Shown: positions 20,744-31,131, counted from the stretch's first letter. The stretch: 64,000 nt of DNA from Nitrosopumilaceae archaeon (GCA_965214835.1 CBDCCK010000002.1:1248001-1312000); one strand, 5' to 3'. Notes: generated by a model from the sequence alone, not told the origin. Numbers and translations are program-made.

Positions 20744-22461
20744 AGACCTTATGCGTAAACGAAATTAGCGGCGATGCCCCCGGCGCACGGGCTACAAATG
20801 AGGCAAGTCAGGGCCGGCGCACGCGCGACTGTACCTTACAACGTTGAAAATATTTGATCAAAACCACAACTATTTTCAGACGATTGATTTAGATCCGGGA
20901 TCCATTCTCGCATAAGAGTAATGGCAAAGTCCGAGACCGAGCAGATACGACTGCTGAAGAAGAGAATCGAGCAGTACGAGAAGGAGAAGGTACAGGACAG
21001 GAAGGAGAAGGCGCGGGACAAAAAGAAGATCAAGAAGTATGAGAAGAGGATCAAGAGGCACGAGAAGAAGAGCAGGCAGGACAGGAAGGAGAAGGCGCGG
21101 GACAGGACGGAGAGGATGCAGTACAGGAAGGAGATCAGAGAGTACGAGAAGAAGAGCAGGCAGGACGGCAGGAGGCAGGAGCGGGATCAGGAGAGGATAG
21201 GGCAGCTGGAACAGCAGCTGGACGCCGAGCGCCGGATGTGGCCCGCAACCTGGGATGACGACAGGCGCTCCGCGGACAACGCCGCCCTCATGCACAGGCT
21301 CGAGGTGCTCGATGACATAATCGGTGGCGGGTCCCTGCAGCCCACCACGTCGATGAACCTCCGCCAGTTTGACTACATATATGACCGGTTTACGAAGCTT
21401 GCCAAAAAGCACACAGAAGGCCCCCTGTTCTCAGAAGACGAGGACAACTTGCCCGGAAACCGGTGCAAGCTGTCCTACCGCCACGCCCTGCTGATGTCGC
21501 TGATGCGCAAGTACGGAAACCCGACACAGGAGCAGCTTGCGGCATTCTTTGGCATAGACCAGAGCACCGTATGCAGGTACCTCAGGTATTGCGACATGAT
21601 ATTCACCAAGATACTGCCCACGCCGGACGCCGTATCGCGAAAGATACGAAACGCCCGCACGATCAAGGAAGTCAAGAAGATCGTCCCGGATCTGACCGTG
21701 ATTGTAGACGGCACGCACATCGACATACAGCGCCCCACAGACAAGGAGCCAAGAAAGGAGGCATACTCTGGCAAGAAGAAGAGCTTTACGCGCAACACCC
21801 AGGTGATTGCCGACAAGAAGGGACTGGCGATGTATGCAAGCAAGTCGGCGCCCGGAAGCACGCACGACCTCACCATGATAAAGAACAACCCACCGGATCT
21901 GGGAATCCTGACTGCCAGGATGCGCAGCAACAGAAAGCACCCCGAGGACGAGAAGGTAAAGATGTTCTCTGATCTGGGATACATGGGAATCGAGGAGGTG
22001 TATCCCGGGGCCACATCCGTGCAGCCCGACAAGAAGCCAAGGAAAGGCAAGCTTACAAAGAAACAGAAAGCGCAGAACAGGAGGATAAGCAGCAAGAGGG
22101 TGACAGTAGAGCACGCCATAGGACGGATAAAGCAGTACAAGCGGATGCGTGATCCGTACGACGGGACCGCCGAGGAGTTCGACAGGGAGTTCCAGGTGAC
22201 GGCCGGGCTTGCCAACTTTAGGCTGCTGTGGGACAAGCGGAACAAGAAGCTCATGCATGGGTTCTGATACCACGATACGGAGCGCATTGCGGCGCCACAC
22301 GATGCCGCACTATACTGTAGTTTTTACCAGCTGTAATGGCTCGTAGCTGCACTATATACGGACTCTGCCGCCCTCATACACGTCATGTGATGCCGTCAGC
22401 CTTGCATGTATGGCCGGCCACCGTCGGAATATTTCGATCCGGTCGATTACGCATAAGGTCT
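20744..22461 (+). mobile_element. Intact IS5-like element
   Basis: 15-bp TIRs AGACCTTATGCGTAA, one full ORF. Confidence 0.92.
20921..22267 (+). CDS. Transposase (charged N-terminal extension + HTH + DDE_Tnp_4)
   Basis: FGIDQSTVCR HTH; IVDGTH, SDLGY, RVTVEHAIGRIK DDE motifs. Confidence 0.92.
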   Translation: MAKSETEQIRLLKKRIEQYEKEKVQDRKEKARDKKKIKKYEKRIKRHEKKSRQDRKEKARDRTERMQYRKEIREYEKKSRQDGRRQERDQERIGQLEQQLDAERRMWPATWDDDRRSADNAALMHRLEVLDDIIGGGSLQPTTSMNLRQFDYIYDRFTKLAKKHTEGPLFSEDEDNLPGNRCKLSYRHALLMSLMRKYGNPTQEQLAAFFGIDQSTVCRYLRYCDMIFTKILPTPDAVSRKIRNARTIKEVKKIVPDLTVIVDGTHIDIQRPTDKEPRKEAYSGKKKSFTRNTQVIADKKGLAMYASKSAPGSTHDLTMIKNNPPDLGILTARMRSNRKHPEDEKVKMFSDLGYMGIEEVYPGATSVQPDKKPRKGKLTKKQKAQNRRISSKRVTVEHAIGRIKQYKRMRDPYDGTAEEFDREFQVTAGLANFRLLWDKRNKKLMHGF

Positions 22462-22535
22462 AGTGATTTTCAGTCAAATTCCGAACTTCAGGCAGAATTA
22501 TGCAACAAACTAGATCAGGGTTAGCGATTTGTATT

Positions 22536-22615
22536 AGACTTTATGCGTAATCGATTCAGATCTAGGATTATTACGAACAAATTCATCTCGCTCAGGCCGA
22601 TTACGCATAAAGCCT
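22536..22615. mobile_element. MITE family C copy (80 bp)
   Basis: Aligns over full length with 7812-7891. Confidence 0.85.
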
Positions 22616-22656
22616 AATTATATGAAAATTATGTCGCACCGGTACATTGTAAGATC

Positions 22657-22920
22657 TTACTTTGAGGCATATCGTTTGCGTTCCTTGGGCGGCAGAAACT
22701 CAAGGAGCTCATCAAATGATTCCGTATGGTGATCTATCCTTTCTTGCGCATAATCCAAGGCGCGCATCACGTTCTCTATCTTGGCCTTTGACGGATCGTT
22801 TTTTGGCGCTATGTATATGGACTCTTTCCCAGCCTGGTAATAGAGATACTTTGCACCCCTTGAGGTCTTGACTGTCAGCGCCATCGTGTTATCGTATAAT
22901 GTGACACCTATTTTAACCAT
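22657..22920 (-). CDS. Small basic protein divergent from integrase A
   Basis: VKTSRGAKYLYYQ..SIYI; position typical of an excisionase/regulator (inference). Confidence 0.6.
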   Translation of the reverse strand: MVKIGVTLYDNTMALTVKTSRGAKYLYYQAGKESIYIAPKNDPSKAKIENVMRALDYAQERIDHHTESFDELLEFLPPKERKRYASK

Positions 22921-22982
22921 TCACAGTCTTGCTATCTTAAATTACGACATCTATATATGCTACTATCGTATAATAAGATAGC

Positions 22983-24427
22983 ATGAGCACATTCGAAAGT
23001 CTAGACTATTACTGCGATTCTATCCAAAATGCACCCAAGAATGAAATAGGGGATTGCGGCACACCATCCAAGAATGAAGTCGCCGAGAGGCTGACCGATA
23101 TGGGAAACAAGAAACAGACAACACGCCACACTACCAAACATAAAGTCTCAAAAAAGCAACGAATGCTGGCAAACCCGGAGATCAAAAGATGGCATGACAA
23201 TCTGGCTCGAGGCTCGCCGATCACAGCAGAAGTGAGGCTTCGACGCCTAAGCAGGTTCTGTGAGATGCACGACATGACGCCAATGGAACTGGCGGATCTT
23301 GGAACAAAGGATCAAAGAACGGTTACGAATCTCCTTGAGGATCACATCACGCTGATGGAAGAAAAAGGCTATTCTCCGGGATACGTGGAAGACTTTGTCA
23401 AGGCAGTCAAATCATGGCTTGGGCACTTTGATGTGCAAATAAGGCGCAAGCTAAAGGTATCCAATCCTGACTATACGCCCACGCTACAAAACGAGAAAGT
23501 GCCCAATGCGCAAGAGATCTCCGAGGTCTTTGCAAGAGCGTCACTGCGCTCCTCGGTCATGATGTCGCTGATGGCCAAGTCGGGACTAAGACCGGAGGTT
23601 TTGGGAAACCATGACGGGACAGACGGTCTGAAGATGGCCGACATGCCAGACATCGTAATCCATCAGGGTACCGTCAAATGCATCAGAACGCCAAACCAGG
23701 TCGTTATAAGACCCAGCCTGTCCAAGGCAAGGCACCAGTACTTTACATTCCTGACATCGTCGGGAACAAAGAGACTGGTGGCATACCTTAACGACAGGCT
23801 TGCGGCAGGAGAACCGCTCCACGGGGACTCGCCCATAATAGCACCTGACTACATATACAGAACAGGCAGGGGAGCCAACAAAACAAAGGTATGTGGTCAC
23901 GTCCCCCTGTTGACTAGGCATGAAAATCATAGTCATAGATGTCAGTTCGTGCCTGATTGGCAGGGGTAGGTGACCTCGTACAAACAAAGGCATTTCTGCC
24001 GACACGACAGATAAGCAAGGAGATACGCAAGACATTCCGTCCGCGGTTCCAGTGGAGGCCATACATACTTCGCGCATACTTTGATACCGAACTGCTAGTT
24101 GCCGAATCCAAGGGAAAAATCGCGCACGACTTTAGGGTGTTCTTCATGGGACACAAGGGCTCAATGGAGGCAAAATACACGACCAACAAGGGAATCCTTC
24201 CGGAGATACTAATTCAGGAGATGCGCGAGGCCTTCAAGCGCTCCGAGGAGCTACTTGACCTTGAGGCGCAGGATGCCGACCCGATCCTAGAGCAGAAACA
24301 GGACATGCACGATATCATACATGATGCCACGCCAGAGAAGCTTGGCCTGATGCTAGAGATGTTCCAGAAACTGGACATCGGCAAGATGGCAGGCCGGCCC
24401 AGCGGGCAATACCTAGCGACAAGATAG
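22983..24427 (+). pseudogene. Tyrosine integrase A, split by MITE A
   Basis: SGLRPEVLGN, YILRAYFDT, FFMGHKGSMEAKYT; removing MITE+TSD (101 bp) joins ANKTK-AFLPT in frame; adjacent to tRNA-Ala. Confidence 0.9.
23889..23981 (+). mobile_element. MITE family A copy (93 bp)
   Basis: Same TIRs, perfect 8-bp TSD AAACAAAG. Confidence 0.92.
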
Positions 24428-24464
24428 ACGCATTCCTCAAGCGCGGCTGGAGGTTCGTCGCGGG

Positions 24465-24538
24465 TGGACCGGAAGGGATTTGAACCCTTGATCCGATGCA
24501 TGCCATGCACCTATCCTACCAGGCTAGACGACCGGCCC
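24465..24538 (-). tRNA. tRNA-Ala(GGC)
   Basis: Cloverleaf, anticodon stem GGTGC/GCATC around GGC, G3:U70 pair, TTCAAAT T-loop. Confidence 0.92.
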
Positions 24539-24658
24539 AAATCAGAAAATTCTGACTGATAAATCCTGTGGGAATTGGCTATTAACGTTTAGCGGTTTTG
24601 GAAAATTTCTGTTTGGAGTCAACATAAGATATTTAACCATTAGAAACGTCGTTAATCA

Positions 24659-25504
24659 GTGGTAGTAGACAACAAGGCAACCATAACTTATATTCAAACA
24701 TTAAAAGAGGATCTGGGAATCTTCCGAATTGTTCCAAACGAGGGTGGGGTTCCTGACTTTCGTGCAGGCCAGTTCATCACCCTGGGACTGCCAAACCCCG
24801 CAGAAGACAACAAGATAGTCCGGAGGGCATATTCAATTGCGTCACATCCCGAAAACAAGCAGTACATAGAGCTGGTCATCAGATGGGTAAGAAAGCCACT
24901 TCCGGGAAGGTTCACCACCCAGTTGTTCAATGCAAAGGAGGGCGACGAGATCAGCTGGCTCAAGCCCTCGGGCCTCGCACTGGACATCAACGATACGCTT
25001 CCGGACGGCTCAAAGGACGAAAGGCGCATAGTGTGCATCGGGGGAGGAACCGGCCTGGCACCGTTTGTTAGCTTTGCACAGCATCTACACGATATTGAAG
25101 ACAAAAGGGAGATCATAGTGTTGCACGGGGCAAGCTACGTAGACGAGCTCGCATACAAAGGGCTGCTCAGCGACCTAGAGATTGAAAGCCAGGACAGAGG
25201 CAAGGACAAGTGGAACTTCAAGTACAGGGCTGCAATCAGCAGACCCCAGGAATGGTTTAACAGATCATGGTCAGGCCAGGTGGGAAGGGTCGAGACGTTC
25301 CTGAGAACCAGGGAGGGAGGCAAGTCGCCGCTAGAAGAGCTGGCAGGCGAGGAAATAACCAAGGACAACACGATGTTCTATGTATGCGGATGGCAGGGAA
25401 CCATTGACGGGGTCATGGACTTTCTAAAGCCAAAGGGATTCGTTACGCAGCATGACAAGCGCGGGGACGGAAGCTTTGAGGTAAAGTACGAGTCATACGG
25501 CTAG
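24659..25504 (+). CDS. fpr: Ferredoxin--NADP+ reductase
   Basis: RAYSIAS, GGGTGLAPF, FYVCG, C-terminal ESY. Confidence 0.9.
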   Translation: MVVDNKATITYIQTLKEDLGIFRIVPNEGGVPDFRAGQFITLGLPNPAEDNKIVRRAYSIASHPENKQYIELVIRWVRKPLPGRFTTQLFNAKEGDEISWLKPSGLALDINDTLPDGSKDERRIVCIGGGTGLAPFVSFAQHLHDIEDKREIIVLHGASYVDELAYKGLLSDLEIESQDRGKDKWNFKYRAAISRPQEWFNRSWSGQVGRVETFLRTREGGKSPLEELAGEEITKDNTMFYVCGWQGTIDGVMDFLKPKGFVTQHDKRGDGSFEVKYESYG

Positions 25505-25561
25505 ACTAGAAATTCCATATACTCAATAATTGAAATAGAACGGGTTTTTAGAAAATCTGGA

Positions 25562-26158
25562 ATGGCAACTGCGCTATACCTTGCACATATGAATCCCGTG
25601 ACAAAGGCACACGTGGAAATCATTACCGAGCTAAAGGCAGAGGCAGACAGGGTCAAGATCATGCCCGTAACATTCAGGGACGGGACAAATGAAATCAACA
25701 GTAAAAGCTTTCCGTTCACGTTTGGACAAAGAAGGGAGATGATAAGCGCAGTCTTTGATGATGGGGTGGAGGTGACAGACGACTATACGTTTTTTGCGCC
25801 CTTTAGAAAATACATCCCTCCGCTGCTTGCACCAAAATCATGGCAGCTGCGCAGGCAGATCCTGAGGGGAGTCAGGGGGGACTATTTTACGTACACCGGG
25901 GACAGGGTGGAGGGATACATGCTAAAGATCTACAGGCTAAATCCAAGGGTAGGCAAGAGAAAATCACTTTCTGCAACATCAGTCAAAGACAAGCTGTACC
26001 GGGCAGCCGTAGGGATGGAGGCGGACTGGAAAAACGACGTTCCAGTCAGGGTTGCAGGTATAATTGAGGAGAACTGGGACACGGTCAGAAAGTTTGCAAG
26101 CATTGAGGACAGGACCACGCGCATCGTCGGAATGAAGTTCCCAAAGGACGGATACTAG
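25562..26158 (+). CDS. HIGH-superfamily nucleotidyltransferase-like protein
   Basis: HMNPVTKAH, PFTFGQRREMI, SATSVK, VP motifs. Confidence 0.7.
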   Translation: MATALYLAHMNPVTKAHVEIITELKAEADRVKIMPVTFRDGTNEINSKSFPFTFGQRREMISAVFDDGVEVTDDYTFFAPFRKYIPPLLAPKSWQLRRQILRGVRGDYFTYTGDRVEGYMLKIYRLNPRVGKRKSLSATSVKDKLYRAAVGMEADWKNDVPVRVAGIIEENWDTVRKFASIEDRTTRIVGMKFPKDGY

Positions 26159-26249
26159 GTAAGAGCTTACCCACTCCCGAAAATACGGCGTGGTGGGCAC
26201 GGTGATCAAGGCCCTGGCTGACAATGTCGCCTATGGAGTAAACTCTTAC
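26159..26249 (-). mobile_element. MITE family B copy (91 bp)
   Basis: TIR GTAAGAGCTTAC/GTAAACTCTTAC, perfect 8-bp TSD GATACTAG. Confidence 0.9.
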
Positions 26250-26296
26250 GATACTAGCACAAATAGGTTAATTACGACTGAGTTTCCAGTTGTTTT

Positions 26297-27214
26297 ATGA
26301 TACTGCCGTTCTCAAAATACATGTGGCTGGACGGTAGATTCGTGCCAAAGGACAGGGCCCGGGTTCCAATTACAACGCACGCCATACACTACGGAACGTC
26401 CGTGTTTGAGGGAATCAGGGCCTACTGGAACTCGAAGAATCTGTTCATCTTCCGGCTAGACGAGCACATCAAGCGGTTCAGAAGATCGGGGGAGTTTTAT
26501 GAAATGTCCCTGAGATATACCGATCAGCGGGTTAAAAGCGCAATCATCGGCCTGTGTAAGAAAAACAGTATCAAAAGGTCAGCCTACATCAGGCCCTTTT
26601 ACTTTATAGGCGAGTATGGGATCAGTCTGCACGTTACAAAAAAGGCCCCTACCCACCTGGGAATCTACGCGTTCCCGTTCGGCGACCTGTTTAGCAAGAA
26701 GGGAATTGCCGTCGGGGTGTCCTCGTGGAGAAAGTTCTCAGACACCTCAACGCCTCCACAGGCCAAGATGGGCGGAAACTACCTGAACTCAATCATTGCA
26801 ACCCAGGAGGCAAAAAGGGGCGGCTACGACGAGGCATTGCTGCTGGATCAGAACGGCAACGTCAGCGAGGCTCCAGGCGAGAACATCTTCATCGCAAAGG
26901 GTGGGGAGATCATCACGCCCCCTATAAGCTCCTCTGCCCTGGAGGGGCTGACCAGGGATGCAATAATGAGGGTCGCAGGGGATCTGGACATCAGAGTCAG
27001 CCAGCGGGAAATCCCCAGAAGCGAGCTGTATACTGCAGACGAGATGTTTCTGTCAGGAACCGCAGCGGAGATCACCCCCGTCAGATCGGTAGACCGGAGA
27101 AGGATAGGGAGCGGCAAGGTGGGCACGATCACAAAAAGGCTCATGAACGAGTACGACGGCATAGTAACGAACAGAAATGAAGGCTATGCACACTGGCTTA
27201 CGGCGGTGTACTAG
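26297..27214 (+). CDS. ilvE: Branched-chain amino acid aminotransferase
   Basis: HYGTSVFEGIRAY, AKMGGNYLNS, EAPGENIF, GTAAEITP. Confidence 0.93.
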   Translation: MILPFSKYMWLDGRFVPKDRARVPITTHAIHYGTSVFEGIRAYWNSKNLFIFRLDEHIKRFRRSGEFYEMSLRYTDQRVKSAIIGLCKKNSIKRSAYIRPFYFIGEYGISLHVTKKAPTHLGIYAFPFGDLFSKKGIAVGVSSWRKFSDTSTPPQAKMGGNYLNSIIATQEAKRGGYDEALLLDQNGNVSEAPGENIFIAKGGEIITPPISSSALEGLTRDAIMRVAGDLDIRVSQREIPRSELYTADEMFLSGTAAEITPVRSVDRRRIGSGKVGTITKRLMNEYDGIVTNRNEGYAHWLTAVY

Positions 27215-28150
27215 ATGAGGATTGCACAGATAGGAACAGGCGGGTGGGGCAAGAACCATGCAAGAATCCTGTCGCAGCTGGGTGTCCTGTGCGCGATCTG
27301 CGACGCAGACCAGCAAAGAGGCAGAGAGTATGCGCACAAATACTCCGTCAGCCAGTACAGCTCAGCTGATGAGCTGCTAAACAGCGAGGAGTTTGATGCA
27401 GCGCTTGTGTGCACGCCGACATCGACGCACCATGACATTGCAACGCAGCTGCTTGATGCAAAAAAACACGTGTTTGTCGAAAAGCCGCTTACATACGACT
27501 CTGCAGAGGGCGAAAGACTGCTGGAACTTTCCGCAAAAAACAGGGTCGTCCTAACGTCAGGATATATCGAGCGGTTCAATCCTGCAGTGGACATTGTAAA
27601 GGACTTTGTTGCGACAAAAAAGTATGGCGAACTGGTCATGCTAGAGTTCCACAGGGAGAACAGGATGCCGCTGCACATCAAGGATGTCGGAATCATCTAC
27701 GATACTGCAGTACACGACATTGACACTGCGATGTGGCTGTTTGAGGAGGCCCCGAATGTGGTTTTTGCCAGGGCCGGGCAGATAAAGCACGAGCATGAGG
27801 ATTTTGCGTCAATCATGCTGGGATTCGAAAACGACAGGGTCGCAATTATCTCATCAAACTGGATTACGCCGACAAGGATAAGAAGGCTCGATGCGGTGTG
27901 CACGGACGCCATAATTTCGTCGGACTTTATCACCCAGGAGGTCAGGGTGGAAAAAAAGGAGGAGACCGAAGTGCCAAGAAACGAGAAAAAGGAGCCGTTA
28001 CTGCTGGAGATTCAGAACTTTATAGACGCCATAAGGGGTGAGGCCGAGCTTAGGGTCAAGCCCCGGCAGGCGGTAAACGTGACAAAAATCGCCGAAGCTG
28101 CACTTTTATCAAGCAAAAAGGGAACCCCAATCTATCTGGAGTTAAAATGA
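27215..28150 (+). CDS. Gfo/Idh/MocA oxidoreductase
   Basis: IGTGGWG, HVFVEKP, ERFNP, DTAVHDID. Confidence 0.9.
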   Translation: MRIAQIGTGGWGKNHARILSQLGVLCAICDADQQRGREYAHKYSVSQYSSADELLNSEEFDAALVCTPTSTHHDIATQLLDAKKHVFVEKPLTYDSAEGERLLELSAKNRVVLTSGYIERFNPAVDIVKDFVATKKYGELVMLEFHRENRMPLHIKDVGIIYDTAVHDIDTAMWLFEEAPNVVFARAGQIKHEHEDFASIMLGFENDRVAIISSNWITPTRIRRLDAVCTDAIISSDFITQEVRVEKKEETEVPRNEKKEPLLLEIQNFIDAIRGEAELRVKPRQAVNVTKIAEAALLSSKKGTPIYLELK

Positions 28151-28416
28151 GAAAAGAACTGCTGGAGATCTTGGCATGTCCTATAGACAAGCACCACCCG
28201 CTGGAGCTACACGAGTGCAAGACAAGGGGGGACACAATAGTGGAGGGCGCGCTTTACTGCCCAAAATGCTCCAGATTCTTTGCAATAATGGAGGAGATCC
28301 CAATCATGATGCCCGATGACCTGCGGGACAGAAACCACGAGATGGGCTTTCTTGAGAGCAACAGGGAAAAACTGCCGGATAAGATAATAAAGCAAGCATC
28401 GCCATGGCATCTGTAG
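28147..28416 (+). CDS. Trm112 family protein
   Basis: LLEILACPIDK, LYCPKC, IPIMMP. Confidence 0.85.
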   Translation: MRKELLEILACPIDKHHPLELHECKTRGDTIVEGALYCPKCSRFFAIMEEIPIMMPDDLRDRNHEMGFLESNREKLPDKIIKQASPWHL

Positions 28417-28420
28417 GATC

Positions 28421-28897
28421 TTGGTAACAAACTTCGTCTCAGAGACTGCAAAAATCGGGGATGGCACACAGGTATGGCACTTTAGCTATGTCGGGGACAG
28501 GACGGAGATAGGCAGCAACGTCAAGATCGGCTCCCTGGTACACATAGACTATGACGTAAAAATCGGGGATGACTGCAAGATCGAGGGGATGGCATACCTG
28601 CCGCCGTTGACAAGGGTCGGAAACAAGGTGTTCATCGGTCCCGGTGCGACCCTGACAAATGATCCGTATCCGCCATGCGATAAAATGACAGGCGTCACGC
28701 TTGAGGACGGGGTAATCGTAGGTGCAAGGGCAGTAGTCAGGGCAGGGGTAAGAATCGGAAGGAGCAGCGTCATAGCGATGGGGGCAGTAGTCACAAAGGA
28801 CGTGCCTGAAAACGTTGTCGTTGCAGGGGCTCCTGCAAGGATAAAGTACTCCCGGGAGGAATACGACAAAAAGAGAGGCAGCTGGGCCGGATCATAG
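28421..28897 (+). CDS. Hexapeptide-repeat N-acetyltransferase
   Basis: Left-handed beta-helix repeats, TNDPYP, GAVVTKDVP. Confidence 0.88.
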   Translation: MVTNFVSETAKIGDGTQVWHFSYVGDRTEIGSNVKIGSLVHIDYDVKIGDDCKIEGMAYLPPLTRVGNKVFIGPGATLTNDPYPPCDKMTGVTLEDGVIVGARAVVRAGVRIGRSSVIAMGAVVTKDVPENVVVAGAPARIKYSREEYDKKRGSWAGS

Positions 28898-28901
28898 GGG
28901 G

Positions 28902-29459
28902 TCAGGGGGCCTTCCAGGCCGTTATGCTAGAGCCGATCTGATCCCGTGGCCCATGGGTGCGTATCTCATATCCTAGCTCTTGCAGAAACTCCGGATAGAC
29001 GGGGCTTACGTGATCCTCGTTCTGGTTGCCATCAAAGACCGTGTCGTCCTTGGGAAACCTGCCGTAAGGCATTCCCAAAACGATCAGGTTCTTGCAGAGT
29101 CCTTCAAGCTTTTTGAGGGTGGGGACAATGTCGTGTCTTGGCAGGAGATCTATGCCGTGCCAGAAAAAGACGACGTCAAACCTTTCAAAGTTTAATTTTT
29201 CAACCTTGCGTACGTCGCCGCAGATGACCCTGTAGACGTCGGTGTTTGGGAACCTTTCCTTTAAAAAACTGACATTTTCTGGAAATATCTCAAGAATCGT
29301 GATGTTTGAGAATTTATTCTCCTCGAAAACATCGACAAAGTGCTGTCGTCTTTTGTTTGCGCCAACATACAGGACGCTGCAAAAGCCAGAGGAGAAAAGA
29401 TCCGGAATCCACTCGCTGATGAGCCTTTCACGCTCAAGCTGGATGCTGTTTTTTGCCAT
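28902..29459 (-). CDS. Class I SAM-dependent methyltransferase-like protein
   Basis: VLYVGA, LEIF, GDVR, FDVVF. Confidence 0.65.
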   Translation of the reverse strand: MAKNSIQLERERLISEWIPDLFSSGFCSVLYVGANKRRQHFVDVFEENKFSNITILEIFPENVSFLKERFPNTDVYRVICGDVRKVEKLNFERFDVVFFWHGIDLLPRHDIVPTLKKLEGLCKNLIVLGMPYGRFPKDDTVFDGNQNEDHVSPVYPEFLQELGYEIRTHGPRDQIGSSITAWKAP

Positions 29460-29501
29460 AGGATATGTCGTGATTTCCCAGGCAGGTGCTAAAAGTGTAT
29501 T

Positions 29502-30263
29502 CTAGGAGATGAGGCCCTTTTGAATCATGGAACAGAGCTGTTTTCCCGTACAAAACTCCACGCCGCCGGAATTCAGCAACTCCATGATTTTTGAGTACAT
29601 CCTGCCGCCCTTCATGCGCAATACGTTGTCATGCCAGATAATCGTAATGACCTTGCCGTCTCGCTGCAAAAGCTGCCTGAAAAAGGCAAGGATGTTGTCC
29701 TCGGTTATCCCCATGCACGAGAAAAGATATGCATCGACCACGGTGGGGGGAAACTGGATTATCTCGTTTTGATAAAATCCAAAGTCGTCGTCGACCAGCT
29801 CGGACTTGGAGAACTTGAGCGAGGAGTCATATTGAAACCCCAGTTCCCTGAGCCGGGAGGGCAGTGCATCGTCATAATTGAGATAGTGGACGCGGTTTCC
29901 GATTATTTTGCTCCTGGCTATGCCGGACAGCCCGTCATACTCGCGTTTGATGTTAGATGTATCATAGATTGAGCCAGGATCCAGATGCAGCCCGATCTCC
30001 CAGCCGGAACCCTCAAGCTCGTTGATTTGATCCTTGTATTCGCGAAAGTCCCCGCCCTCGTACTTTGTCCTAAAAAAGAACGTCGAACGGCAGTCGTATT
30101 TTTCCTCAATGGACATGATTTCATCAAAGTTGTTGTAGGGGTTCACAGAGTCCAGATTCTCCAGAACCGACTCGTCAAAGCGATCCCTTCTGTCCAGAAT
30201 GTGTTGCTTGGGGGGCCCCGAATGCCTCCAGTCAACGTCATGGCTCAGAAAGACGAACTTCAT
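29502..30263 (-). CDS. Polysaccharide deacetylase family protein
   Basis: SHDVD, STFFF, EIGLH, RVHYL, YDSS, IIWH. Confidence 0.85.
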   Translation of the reverse strand: MKFVFLSHDVDWRHSGPPKQHILDRRDRFDESVLENLDSVNPYNNFDEIMSIEEKYDCRSTFFFRTKYEGGDFREYKDQINELEGSGWEIGLHLDPGSIYDTSNIKREYDGLSGIARSKIIGNRVHYLNYDDALPSRLRELGFQYDSSLKFSKSELVDDDFGFYQNEIIQFPPTVVDAYLFSCMGITEDNILAFFRQLLQRDGKVITIIWHDNVLRMKGGRMYSKIMELLNSGGVEFCTGKQLCSMIQKGLIS

Positions 30264-30316
30264 TATAAAAAAAACTCAGCAATAGTAGTTTAAGGATTGC
30301 GACGGCCAGAGCTTGG

Positions 30317-30961
30317 CTAGGCGGATTGTCCGGTTGAAAGTATTTTTGGATCGGGGGACTCGTACACGCTGTTCTCTGTGGTGTCAGACTTTAGAAAGAC
30401 GTTGGCGCCGACAAATGTCTTTGGTGCGATTTTTACGCGCTGCTTTACCGTGCAGTCAAGCCCCAAGGTTGAGCCGGAGCCAATAGTCACCCGGCCGCCC
30501 ACGTATACATGGCCGGTAAGAAAGCAGTGATCCTCTATTCTTACATGATGGCTGACAACATTGGAAGACAGCATCCCCATATCATCCCCTATGCAGACAT
30601 GGGGCTGGAATACGTTGTTCTCAAGAATGATGCAGTTCTCCCCAATCGTTGTTGTTTTAGGCAGTATACTAGAGGGGTGGATATAGTTGACAAGCGAGTA
30701 TCCATGCGACTTGGCCCGCTCGAAGATTTTTTTGCGCTTTTGGTTTCGCTGCGAATAGCCGACTACGATAAGCATCTTGAAGATGTCGGGGGGATACCTG
30801 TCCAGTACGTCATTGAAATCGACTATAGGCAGTCCGTTGAGCTCATCGCGGACGGGACTATCCTCGGTAAAGGCTACAATCTCAAACTGTCTGTCCTCGT
30901 CTATATAGTCATACAATAGCTGGGCTAGCTGGCCGGTTCCAAAGATAACGATTTTCTCCAA
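30317..30961 (-). CDS. NeuD/PglD-type sugar acetyltransferase
   Basis: IVIFGTG, YIHPS, hexapeptide repeats with SHH. Confidence 0.85.
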   Translation of the reverse strand: MEKIVIFGTGQLAQLLYDYIDEDRQFEIVAFTEDSPVRDELNGLPIVDFNDVLDRYPPDIFKMLIVVGYSQRNQKRKKIFERAKSHGYSLVNYIHPSSILPKTTTIGENCIILENNVFQPHVCIGDDMGMLSSNVVSHHVRIEDHCFLTGHVYVGGRVTIGSGSTLGLDCTVKQRVKIAPKTFVGANVFLKSDTTENSVYESPDPKILSTGQSA

Positions 30962-31040
30962 CAGGGATTTTATCTGTAAAAATTATAAAAAGTGATCTCC
31001 GAATTAGTGTGTTGCATGACCTGATTTTATGCATGAAATG

Positions 31041-31131
31041 GTACGAGGTCACCTACCCCTACAAATCAGGCACGAATTAGATGCATGGTTGTGATTTCCA
31101 TGCCTAGCCAGCAAGGGACGTGACCACATAC
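31041..31131 (-). mobile_element. MITE family A copy (91 bp, reversed)
   Basis: TIR GTACGAGGTCAC/GTGACCACATAC, perfect 8-bp TSD ATGAAATG. Confidence 0.92.

Larger units (their letters stand above)
19460..22511 (-). mobile_element. IS5-family (IS903 group) element, pseudogenised, hosting MITE A and an IS5-like element
   Basis: Ends AGCTTGTTGCATAA / TTATGCAACAAACT; fragments IADATGL..GEWIRRKW..KVHL, ADGGY, RWIVEIVISAIKRMFG. Confidence 0.75.

Noticed and set aside
21431-22300. Long antisense and alternate-frame ORFs over transposases and core genes
   Set aside because: Shadow ORFs of GC-rich coding sequence with no recognisable motifs
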